From the human T2T-CHM13v2.0 reference genome, Homo sapiens: a stretch of DNA of 64,000 bases. How positions within the stretch are numbered: the stretch's first letter is position 1; the number at the start of each line of letters is the position of its first letter. The DNA lies in assembly GCF_009914755.1 (NCBI RefSeq), contig NC_060931.1; one strand, written 5' to 3'. A program made the position numbers and the translations under genes. Below, piece after piece: positions 11,890 through 22,130 of the stretch. The notes beneath the pieces are model-generated. The model was not told where the DNA came from and did not search any database. It worked only from the letters and a program-made list of their open reading frames with translations.

Positions 11890-11960
11890 AAATAAATTTA
11901 CGAGGATCGAACCCATTAATTGGGCCATAAAAAGTTTTATGAGCCTCATTTACATACAAT
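11890..11960. promoter_or_regulatory. HOXA7 intronic homeodomain-binding cluster (HB1-type element)
   Basis: TTTACGAG 11897-11904, ATTAAT 11915-11920, CCATAAAAA 11925-11933, TTTTATGA 11935-11942. An HB1 element in the Hoxa7 intron is established. Confidence 0.7.
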
Positions 11961-12157
11961 GCTATGGGCTCCACGCAATGGCGCCTCCGCTCCAATTAAA
12001 ACCAGAAAGGCTGCGCCGGGAGTCACGGGGCTACCGGCTCGCAACAGCCTGGCTCCGCTCTTCCGGCCCCGCGCCCCGCGCTCCGCGCTCCCCAGCGCTG
12101 CGCTCCCCGCTCCCGGTCCCGCTCCGCCAGCCTGGCCCGCCTAGCGACTGCGCCTAC

Positions 12158-12536
12158 CTGAAGACCGCATCCAGGGGTAGATGCGGAAATTGGCCTCAGC
12201 CGCGCCATGCAGCGCGCCCTCGTCCGTCTTGTCGCAGGCGCCTTTGGCGAGGTCACTGCAGAGCCCGGGGATGTTTTGGTCGTAGGAGGCGCAGGGCAGG
12301 TTGCCGTAGGCGTCGGCGCCCAGGCCGTAGCCGGACGCAAAGGGGCTCTGATAAAGGGGGCTGTTGACATTGTATAAGCCCGGAACGGTCGAGGCGAAGG
12401 CGCCGGCGCCCGCCCCGTAGCCGCTTCTCTGTGAGTTGGGCGCAAAGGAGCAAGAAGTCGGCTCGGCATTTTGGAACAGAGAAGCCCCCGCCGTATATTT
12501 GCTAAAAAGCGCGTTCACATAATACGAAGAACTCAT
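12158..12536 (-). CDS. HOXA7: Homeobox protein Hox-A7, coding exon 1
   Basis: MSSSYYVNALFSKY start, IYPWM hexapeptide, donor TCAG|gtaggc at 12158/12157 (phase 1). Confidence 0.98.
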
Positions 12537-12659
12537 AATTTTGACCTGTGATTTGTTGTCCGGCAGCTTTCAGTGTCGGTTTTACGAGGTAGAGTGATAT
12601 ATGATAACATTACACCCCCAGATTTACACCAAACCCCATTTTCTTTTGGACGGAGCTCG

Positions 12660-12700
12660 CCGCAGCACGTGACCGCCCACATGACCGCCTCCGCCAATCT
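12660..12700. promoter_or_regulatory. HOXA7 promoter: tandem E-boxes (CACGTGAC 12666-12673, CACATGAC 12678-12685) and CCAAT (12694-12698)
   Basis: Motifs read directly; USF/NF-Y-type composite. Confidence 0.7.
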
Positions 12701-13899
12701 CAGCAGTCCTCACAGGTGGTCTCGCTCCGCAGGGCCCGCAGCCGCCTAGAATGGAAGGGCAAGAGGCTCAAATATGCGGCCAAAGAATCCGCCCGCGCCC
12801 GGCGGGCCTGGCGCGTCCCGCGGAAAAAGACCTGGAGGCTCCGCGGGAGCGCCCAGCTGGCGGCCAACCTCCGCACTGGGGTCTGCGGACGCCAGGCGGC
12901 CCGGCCCCACGCAGCACCCCCCACCCCGCCCCCCCGCCGACTCCTGCTAGTGAGCCCTGGACCAAGCTTGGGATCCTCCCCATCCCTCTCCTGTCCGCCT
13001 GCCCAGACCCTGGAAGGGTCTCTGTCCCCCGCAACAGCCTGCCCCGCGGTGGCCTTGTGGGCAGGACTCAGCTATGAGCAGATCGACCCTGCCCAAGTCT
13101 TCTCTCACCCAGGTCCAGTGGGCGACAGGCCGGACTTAGACTCGGATCCAGACGGGGAAGGCGCAGCATCTCTTGCAGCTGCAGAGAGATTGCCACCGCA
13201 AACTGGAGCCATGTGGTTCGAATAAAGTCAACGTCTCCCAGCTTCCTTTCCTTAATCGGAGGCACACTGTTTATCCGCCCTAAAGGAAGCAGTGAAATAT
13301 TTATCTATTAATGAGACTCATTTGCCAACAGATTTATTAACGTGGGGTTCCCCTCCCTCCTCCCGGACGCTGTAGTGCTGCAGGCTCTGTGCCTTCGCTC
13401 CTGGGCACCTGGCTGGCTCCAGCAGTCCGATAAATTGCTAAAGATTCCTTTGTCCTTTCCACAACTTCTGGTTCCCCTCTGGCGCATGGGGAGCCAGGGC
13501 TGTTTCCCCCAGCTTGGAAAAATCTCGGGCCTGCACCCTTCCAGGCACTCCCAATACTGGAAGGTTTCTGGGGTAGGCCGGGGTGCCTGGGAACAATACA
13601 TGCTTTAGAGCGGATTTGGAGAGGGGGCTCTGGCGTCTAGGGACTGCAACCCACTGTGGACTTCCTTTTCTTTTGAAGACACCGAAAACAAATAGGGGAA
13701 ACCACCCCCTAAAGGCCACCCAGCTGTGGAGGCTTCACCTATCCAAGTACCAGCTCACATGGAGCTGAGCGCACAGTGGTCTCACTTCCTCCCATCCAGG
13801 CCTCCAATTCCTACCTTCCAGGCCTCCGACCCCTGCACCATGTTGCACCAGCTGAAGCCCCTGCCGCCCACCGCTCGGTGGAGGATGGTGGGGAGAACC

Positions 13900-14320
13900 C
13901 TTCCCCTAAACGCCTCATAAACTGCCCGGCTGCGCTGGAAGCCCGGCCACCTTTTACTGCTCAGCTCGATTACACACCATAAACCCGACCTCACAATGGA
14001 ATTGCCCCGGAAATTCTCCTGTAAATTGTAGAGTTTAGTTCCTTGTGTACTGAGCACTTCCCATCACTTTCAGAGGGTCCAGGCCGTCCCCGTTTACCGC
14101 ACCCTCTCAGGGGGCCCCAGGAATACAAAAGGTGGAGGGAGGGTTCAGATCGGGACGCCACGGAGCCCCAGTTCCTGCGCAGTGAACCACCGGGGCTTGG
14201 GTAGGAAGGCGGGGGCTGGTGGGGCAGGTGGGCGCTGGGCTGTCTCCTCCCGGGCCACGGAAGCCTGGGGGTAGGGGTGTGGAGTGAGGGACAACATCCG
14301 GGGACGCCTTTATGGCGGAT
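13900..14320. promoter_or_regulatory. HOXA7 upstream (anterior-boundary) enhancer region with CDX sites
   Basis: CATAAA 13916-13921, CCATAAA 13977-13983, TTTATGG 14309-14315. Lies ~1.4-1.8 kb upstream of the ATG, where a conserved Hoxa7 enhancer is known. Boundaries approximate. Confidence 0.5.
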
Positions 14321-15620
14321 CAGATGATACCTTGTCTCCGATGGAGAATAGAGGGAGTAAGACAAAAAGAAAAGACCTAAATAATCCCAGTCTCATCGCC
14401 TTCTGGAAGGAAATAAAAACCCAAGAAAGTTAAAGGAAGATGAAGCAAACAAGAAGGCTAGGAGATCAAAGAGGCAGAATTAGACCGTTTTAGACCAATA
14501 AATTTTTCCTGGGGTGACACACAGCAAGACGCAAAGAGAAAAGACCAAGGCCCCCGCCGCCGCCGTCTGTCTAGACTCAAGCGACTGAAGGGGCCAACAG
14601 AGCTGGTGTTTAAAGTAGAACCTGCCCAGTCCAACAGCCCGAGCAGGGAGCGATTTCGGGGATCGCGGGAAGGAACGCACTTCGCCAAGGGAGGGCCCGG
14701 TGCCCTCGCCACCGGCTCATTCCTGCTCCGGTTTTGCCCGATGCGCGTCCAGGAGGTTCTGGCAGGACGCACTGCCCCTCTGCCCCGGCCAAGGAGGATG
14801 CGGATACTGCCCGCAAGGCTTCGGCCTTTATGGACCCAAGTCAGCCAACTGGGCCGAGTCCTGCGGACACCGAAACCTCCCTTTCGTTTCCAGGCTTCCT
14901 TCTCCCCTCTTGCCCTCTGTGGTCTGATTTAAAACGAAAAGGTCGGATAAAATCAGGCTTTCAATAAGGCTTCTTTAACTGTGTGTTCTCTATTCATTGG
15001 TTCTCTACTTATTTGACTGAAAAGACACAAATGCACTAGGTTATGTGAGATAATTTTCACAGAAATACTCATTGACCCTCAGCCTGAAGCAGGCACATGT
15101 AGGCGGGTTTCTAATCAGTAGAGCTATGTTTAGATAGACATTTTCCACTGCCGTCCCTGAGCTTCCTTCCTACCTACTGGCAGAGCGTGTTCACTCTGCT
15201 TCTTGTTACCAAATACCAATATTTAAATTCAGTTATGAAGGTAAAGCCAGCTCTAGGCAGGGAACAGCGCCTTCCAGAGATTTGGGTGGCAGGCAAATTG
15301 CTTCCTAAAGGTTTCCACCCTTGCCTCTCTCACCAGCTGCATCTGTTCCCCATCCAGTGAGTGAGTGATCCCTAGCCTGGGTGCAAAGACAAACTCGTAC
15401 CTGTCGTGTACAAATGAGATTGGGTTGGTGCGGGGTCTTGCCTGGGTGAAGGTCCGCAGCGGGGAAGCCACTCCCAGGCTTCCCAGAGGAAAAGCAGACT
15501 CCCAGCCACCAGCCTGCCAAGGGCAAGGGAGGAGCCTTTGGACAGTCCACCCAGGCCTGGGAGACCCTGGGCGGCCTGCACCTACCTGAGGCCTCCGTGA
15601 TCAGTGGAGAGACGCAGTCG

Positions 15621-15738
15621 CCACCGATCTGTGACTTCATTTATTTGTAGTTACACAAATCGAGCTTTCTCTCTGCATCCACGGATCTGCGACTTCACTA
15701 TTTATTTGCAGTTAACATAAATTGAGCTCTCTATCTGC
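15621..15738. repeat. Imperfect ~58-60 bp tandem duplication
   Basis: ccaccgatctgtgacttcatttatttgtagttacacaaatcgagctttctctctgc vs ccacggatctgcgacttcactatttatttgcagttaacataaattgagctctctatctgc. Confidence 0.9.
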
Positions 15739-15834
15739 GGCTTGAATACAAAGCCACGGTTGACTCCCAGGGAAGCTATAAAACCCTTCTTACAATCAGA
15801 CGTTGTGAAATTATATACGGAAATGTAATGAAGG

Positions 15835-15966
15835 TGTGTGTCTGTAATATCTGTATCTATCTATCTATCTATCCATATATATATGTATATGTATATATGA
15901 GATGAGAGACAGAGAGGGAGAGAGAGAAAGGAGAGATATTGTGTGTGTGTGAAAGGAAAGAGAGAA
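15835..15966. repeat. Compound microsatellite (TATC)n-(TA)n-(GA)n-(TG)n
   Basis: Read directly. Confidence 0.85.
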
Positions 15967-17125
15967 CAAACACCCGGGAGAGACATCAACCAAAATCCAG
16001 TCCCCAGTTTTACAGCGTGAAAGCACTGGGATGCGGGTCGTAAACATTTTGTGGGCTTGGCGGAGACTATTACGACCCAAATAAATGCACTGTGTAGCGT
16101 GTTCACAGGGCTCCGGGGCCTTTCGAAAGGTTCTCTGTTTGCTTTTGCGTTTTGCCTCTGGAACCATTCGACATCCGTGGCTGATGCGCGCACCCGAGAG
16201 GAGGCCGAAGCGTGTTCCCCGCCTAGGGTCTGGGAGAGGCTGGGCCTGGATTGGGGTCCCCTCCCTTCTGGCCTCCTGATGGGTGAACGCCAGAGCAGCC
16301 TCGGTTCCTGTACAGCGGAGGGCATGCCGCGGCCAGAGACAGCCCGGGCGGCTTCCACACTGTGTGCGACACTTTTGGTGCTACGGTGTGATTGTTATAT
16401 TAAACATCACATTAAAAAAATAACCAAAGCAGTCCCTGGTTTGTCCCCCAGGATTCTCCTCCCAGCCAACTCGGCCCGGCCCCTATACCTACAGTGGTCA
16501 GACACCGAGATTGCCTTTACGCCCAATTTTCACCGCCTAATTTTATTGTCTCGATTCAAGCCAGCCGAGTCCCGGGGTCCTGGCTCTGTCTTGGGTTCTG
16601 GCTCGCCGGGCCCTGACCCAGGTCGCAGGTTTCGGGGGCCTCCTGGGCGGCCGCGGACCCCGCGGTCACGGTGTGAGCCCTCGGCACGCACCGTGCACAC
16701 CCTCTGGGCGGTCATCAAGTTCTGGGGCTGCAGGCGTTCCTCCTGTGTCCGCCAGTCAGCCGGGGCTCTCTGGCGCCTGGCTGTGTCAGGCCTGTCCCAG
16801 CTGAGGACGGTGACCCTGGAGCCGCGCCCGCGCCTGGAGCTGCAGCCCCGCGGCCGCCCGGACAGCTGCAGCCCGGCAGCACTGGGCCCCCGGGATGGGG
16901 TCAGGGAGGCGCGAGCGGTGAGGGTCGGGCAAGCCCCCGCCGATTCCTTGTTTCCCAGCGAGGCTTCTAGCCAGGCTTGAGCAGCCCAGAAAATATAGGG
17001 CGGCTGTTCACTAAAATCTGGGGCTCCCATTCCAGAAAGGCTCGTGTCAAGTCGACATCTTAGGAACTTCACAAGGGTCGCGGAGGCGGGAGATGGCGGC
17101 GCGGAAGCCTCTTGCATGGAGCCAC

Positions 17126-17159
17126 ACTGCCATCTGCTGGCCGCCGTTTGGTACTGCAG
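17126..17159 (-). promoter_or_regulatory. CTCF boundary site between HOXA7 and HOXA9 (CBS7/9, C7|9)
   Basis: Minus strand reads CTGCAGTACCAAACGGCGGCCAGCAGATGGCAGT: near-perfect core CCAGCAGATGGCAG plus the upstream TGCAGTACC module. Confidence 0.9.
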
Positions 17160-18451
17160 CCTCAGCTACCTCCGCCGGCCTGAGCTTTGAGAGCCGCCGG
17201 CTAGCCCACCGCACCCCACTCCCAAAGGAGGGGCGTGGGCCTAGGTCCCGGGGAGTCTGCGTGGAGCCCGGAATCTACTGCAGAGGAGGCAATGCCAATA
17301 AAAGAGGTGTTTCCGCAGCCGCTTTATCGGCGGCAGACAGAACAAATGAACAAATGAAAGGGCTTTGGTGGAATATCCTAATTGGGGCTGGACAGTTGTA
17401 AACTCATTAAGGGACGAATTCCAGACAGTTCGCAGACCCGGCCTTTATGGCACACTCTTACTGCCTATTCTTTGAAGTTCCTTCTGTCTGCAACAACAGA
17501 GGGCGTCCCAACCTGGCGGCGGGGTGGGGGTGGGGGTTAGGGGACGCCTCATCCACCCGCGCCCTGGTTCCCCTTTTAAGCTTAGAACACATCCAACTTT
17601 GCAGAAGTCGTGGAGTGGGGGAAGGGGGTGGGGCGAGGGAAGCAAGGGGGTGGAAGCGAGGCCGAACCCTCCGGCCACATCTGGAAAGCGCTCAGGCCTC
17701 CGAAGTTGTGGCCGTTCCCCCCCCCCCCCCCGCCCCTCGTAGCCCTTTACACCCCATAAACGGTAACAGCCCTCATTTTCTTTTATGGCGCTTAGGGGCT
17801 CGTCAATTGCCTCAGCCCTGCCTCTGTTAGGCCTTGTGCTCGAGAGGTGCTTGCAGTGCAGGACCCAGATTCTCTTGGGCCAGGCTGGCAGGACTCCGCG
17901 GGGGTGGCGGGCGGTGCGAGGATGCAGGGCTTTGTTCCTTTGCAAGCCCCCAAAATGTTTGCCTGCATGGCCACGTTGGGCCGGTGGGGCTCCTATTTCC
18001 CTCTTCAGAGCCTGCTTAGAAGGCGGCTCCCAGCTCTCTATCCTGTCACCCTCTCCCCCTTTTCCTCACCAAGCTAACGAAGGCCCAGGTTTGGGAATTT
18101 TCTCGGGGGCACCAAGGTGAGAGTGGTCTTTCCACTGCTACTGGCCAGACCAGACCAGCTCCTCAGGGGCTTCTCCGCCGTCCCGCACATAGACACAAGG
18201 CCGGGAGCCTGGCTCCTCCGCCGGGTTTCCCAGCTTTTTCTCGCCGCCAGGCAGCTGGCCTGTTTGGGAGAGCTTAGCTCGGCGGACTGGTTGTGGCAGG
18301 TCCCGCTCCTGAAAGCCAGCCAGAGGCAAAATTGGGGCTCTTTCTCACCACCCCAACCCGCCCCTACCCAGAGACTCTACATAGGCTCCCCTGACCCAGA
18401 GAAGAAGGTGCAAAGAGCAGACCCGCAAAAAATAGAAAAGAATCAATATAT

Positions 18452-18457
18452 TTTATT
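18452..18457 (-). terminator. HOXA9 polyadenylation signal AATAAA
   Basis: tttatt at the end of an AT-rich 3'UTR ~1.15 kb from the stop. Confidence 0.7.
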
Positions 18458-18686
18458 TGGCAAAAAGTTAAATATCATCTCAACACAACAATTTGGTCAG
18501 TAGGCCTTGAGGTAACTATTGCAAAATATACAGTGTAAGTTCAGTCTGATGGAAACCCCAGATTCATCAAGGATACAAATCTACAGTAGCCCAATGGCGG
18601 TTTCATAGTGTATAATTTATTATCAATAAAATTAACTCCGTTACAATCAGCATTCATTTCCTCCGATTAAAATTAAGCATAAACCC

Positions 18687-19256
18687 TAGGTAGTAACCTT
18701 CTGCACATATGTATAGCTCCGAATTTCCTCACTGTTCGTCTGGTGCAAAAACAATATTCAAGCTTGTCTGATTATGCATATTTTCTTTAATCATATAGAT
18801 TATATATACAATAGACAAGACAGGACTATATAGATAATGGACAGACTTAAATGCCCGCATTTTTAAGGTGGAGAAAATGATGAATCTATGCATCCCCGAG
18901 AACACTTAAAATTTTTTTTTATTTCACTGGGAAATTCTTACAGCTACTTTACAATCATAGGTTAACAGCCTAGTTATACAGAAGACATATTCCACTACAG
19001 AGCTATACTCTATGCAACTGTTTTTTTCCCCTCATAAACAACCTGAGTTCAAATTGAATTCTATCTTCCACAATCACAATGGGTGCATCACCCAGTACAC
19101 AGAAGTTTGAATCACAAAACATAATTACCACAATAAAACACAGTGTTCAAGTATCTTGGCAGAGCAATCTGCCGCACAAACTGCAAATTAAATTAACTAC
19201 ACAGACTAAAAACTATACAGCCTACCATCAACAGTTGTGCATTATAAAAAGGTAGT
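18687..19256 (-). promoter_or_regulatory. miR-196 seed sites in HOXA9 3'UTR (8mer 18687-18694; 7mer-m8 19250-19256)
   Basis: Plus-strand TAGGTAGT and AGGTAGT(TTC). Confidence 0.8.
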
Positions 19257-19597
19257 TTCTTTCCTTTTGTTTTAAGTCAGGAACAGGTAGATTTTTAAAA
19301 ATATATATACAAGCTAACACACACAGCTATCAGCACTAATGCCCCCCCCTCAACTTTTCCTTTTTCTTATAGAAAATGGAAAGCTTACAATACCTCCTCC
19401 ATCAAAGCGGCAGGCCTACGAGCCAGCCTGAACAGGGTTTGCCTTGGAAAAGATGTGGCCTGAGGTTTAGAGCCGCTTTGTGCGGGGATGGTGGAGGCTA
19501 GGGTGGGGGTGAGAAAAGGGAGAAGGCGGAAGGGGGACGGACAGTTCTTTCTTTTTCTCTGTAGCTTACCCTTTTTTCTAAATAAGCCCAAATGGCA

Positions 19598-19836
19598 TCA
19601 CTCGTCTTTTGCTCGGTCTTTGTTGATTTTCTTCATTTTCATCCTGCGGTTCTGGAACCAGATCTTGACCTGCCTCTCGGTGAGGTTGAGCAGTCGAGCC
19701 ACCTCGTACCTGCGGTCCCTGGTGAGGTACATGTTGAACAGAAACTCTTTCTCCAGTTCCAGGGTCTGGTGTTTTGTATAGGGGCACCGCTTTTTCCGAG
19801 TGGAGCGCGCATGAAGCCAGTTGGCTGCTGGGTTAT
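19598..19836 (-). CDS. HOXA9: Homeobox protein Hox-A9, coding exon 2
   Basis: Acceptor ccgcag|AT at 19837/19836, ANWL motif, Abd-B homeodomain [39 protein letters not shown]. 239+580 = 819 nt = 272 aa. Confidence 0.98.
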
Positions 19837-20872
19837 CTGCGGGGAAGAGAAACACTGGGTTTAGGAGCAGAAGACGCACATCCCGCTGGGGCAAATGAGC
19901 CTCCTGCATGGGGTCTCTGGCCGAAGTGCAGAACTCTGCTGAACTGGTTAGGAAAGGCAGTCAGGCCTCGGACACAATGGAACCCTGGCAGACAGACGCA
20001 CAGACAGTCACTTAAAATTGCACGCAGTAAAACTTTGGCTCGCCCTCCCCTCCGAGACCTTCCTTTCTCCTACTCTGTCCTCTTGTCCCCCTTCTCCTTC
20101 CTCCCACTCTCAAAACGCTGTATAGAATGAAATTTGGAAACAGGTCTCCTTGCCACGCAGAGGGAAAGCATGCTGCCTTGTGTTCTGTAGCAAGATTAGG
20201 ATTCCTCTGTCCCGTTCACTGACTTCGTCTTTCTTTCCCAACCTGTCCCTCTACGCCCCCCACTCCTTATTTAACCTTCCTGGAAGGCCTTCGGAGCTGG
20301 GCAAGCCGTCAGGGCGCCCTAAGGCCGCTGATCACGTCTGTGGCTTATTTGAATAATCTGTCATGGGGACCCTTGTGGCCCGGGTCGCCCGCAGCCTCAT
20401 CTTGGCAGGATTTACGCCGCCACTGGCCGAAGGCAAGAAGTGGAAGGAATCGGCCGTCTCCCCCAGCGTCCCAGCTCCGGCTGCCCTGGCTGCCGCCGCT
20501 CACGGACAATCTAGTTGTACAAAAGGCTCTCTGGGCTGCACTGCTTTCGAAGAACGGCCCAAAGTATCTCGGTCCTGGGCCTGGGCAGCCAAGGAGAGGG
20601 GCGGCCAGTCTTGGTTCGTCCCGAAGTGCCCGCCCCGCCCCCTCTCGCTGCAGCAGCCGCCTCCTCTCCCGTAGCCCTGCGGGCCGCTCTTCACTGCTCT
20701 CCAGACTTGGGGCCCTATCTGAGGCGTCCCAAACACCAACTTCTGGCTCCTGGCCCCAACTCGAGAGGCTTCCAGCGAGGACGAAGGCAGGCTCGAGAGA
20801 AACCTGGCGGGCCAGCAGATCCGGGAGGCCGGCGTGGAGGCGGCGGCGGATTTGAAGGGAGGAGACACTTAC

Positions 20873-21452
20873 TGGGATCGATGGGGGGCTTGTCTCCGCC
20901 GCTCTCATTCTCAGCATTGTTTTCAGAGAAGGCGCCTTCGCTGGGTTGTTTTTCTCTATCAACTGGAGGAGAACCACAAGCATAGTCAGTCAGGGACAAA
21001 GTGTGAGTGTCAAGCGTGGGACAGTCACCCCTTCTGGCCGACAGCGGTTCAGGTTTAATGCCATAAGGCCGGCTGGAGGGCAAGCCCGCGAAGGAGAGCG
21101 CACCGGGCGTGGGCTCCAGCCAGGAGCGCATGTACCTGCCGTCCGGCGCCGCCGCCGCCACGGGCGCCTGGGGGTGCACGTAGGGGTGGTGGTGATGGTG
21201 GTGGTACACCGCAGCGGGTACAGCGTTGGCGCCCGCCGCGTGCACTGGGTTCCACGAGGCGCCAAACACCGTCGCCTTGGACTGGAAGCTGCACGGGCTG
21301 AAGTCGGGGTGCTCGGCCAGCGTCGCCGCCTGCCGGGGAGGCTGGCCCAGGGTCCCCGGCGCATAGCGGCCAACGCTCAGCTCATCCGCGGCGTCGGCGC
21401 CCAGCAGGAACGAGTCCACGTAGTAGTTGCCCAGGGCCCCAGTGGTGGCCAT
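20873..21452 (-). CDS. HOXA9: Homeobox protein Hox-A9, coding exon 1
   Basis: ATG at 21452 (MATTGALGNYYVDSF), His tract, donor CCCA|gtaagt at 20873/20872 (phase 1). Confidence 0.98.
20963..21135 (-). other. 173-nt internal alternative intron of HOXA9 exon 1 (yields truncated HOXA9T)
   Basis: Donor GGCAG|gtacat at 21136/21135, acceptor tcctccag|TTGA at 20963/20962. Splicing gives ...AGT TGA, a ~106-aa protein without a homeodomain. Confidence 0.9.
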
Positions 21453-21554
21453 CACCGTGCCCAGCGCCTGGCCCGCCCGGCCCGACCCACGGAAATTATG
21501 AAACTGCAGATTTCATGTAACAACTTGGTGGCACCGGGGGGGGAAGTACAGTCA

Positions 21555-22130
21555 CCTAATAAGTTGCCGGCGCCCGCGCCCCCATTGGCCGTGCGCGTCA
21601 CGTGCCCGTCCAGCAGAACAATAACGCGTAAATCACTCCGCACGCTATTAATGGTCCGGTGTTTTGCAGTCATAATTTTTATAGCAAAAGCCATATGTTT
21701 TTATGTAAAGGGATCGTGCCGCTCTACGATGGGGTTTGTTTTAATTGTGGCCAACGACGATTAAAAGATCAAATCTAGCCTTGTCTCTGTACTCTCCCGT
21801 CTCCCCCCCCCATACACACACTTCTTAAGCGGACTATTTTATATCACAATTAATCACGCCATCAAGAAGGCGCGGGTCCCGCGTGCGAGTGCGGCCAGCG
21901 GAGCCCCTCACATAAAATTAGACAATAATTGAAGCCATAAAAAAGCAGCCAAATCGCATTGTCGCTCTACTGTATTTAAATCTATATTTATGATATTTCA
22001 TAAGGAGTTATTGTTTCAGAAGCCACACAGGCTGGCGGGAAGTCGGAAACGACCAACAGATTCGTTTGCCTCGCCGTGGCTCCCAGCTGTAAAAATTTAC
22101 GAGGACTTGGAAAGGTTAGACTGTTGTGTT
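21555..22130 (-). promoter_or_regulatory. HOXA9 promoter and upstream conserved CDX/HOX-PBX site cluster
   Basis: Minus-strand CACGTGAC (21597-21604)-N8-CCAAT (21584-21588), TGATTTAC (21628-21635), many TTTAT/CATAAA motifs at 21670-22100. Confidence 0.75.

Noticed and set aside
16051-16980. 309-aa plus-strand ORF between HOXA7 and HOXA9
   Set aside because: GTG start in a CpG-rich region where stop codons are scarce; no recognisable motif.
20946-21764. 272-aa plus-strand ORF antisense to HOXA9 exon 1
   Set aside because: Shadow of the coding exon and promoter; the matching length with HOXA9 is coincidental.
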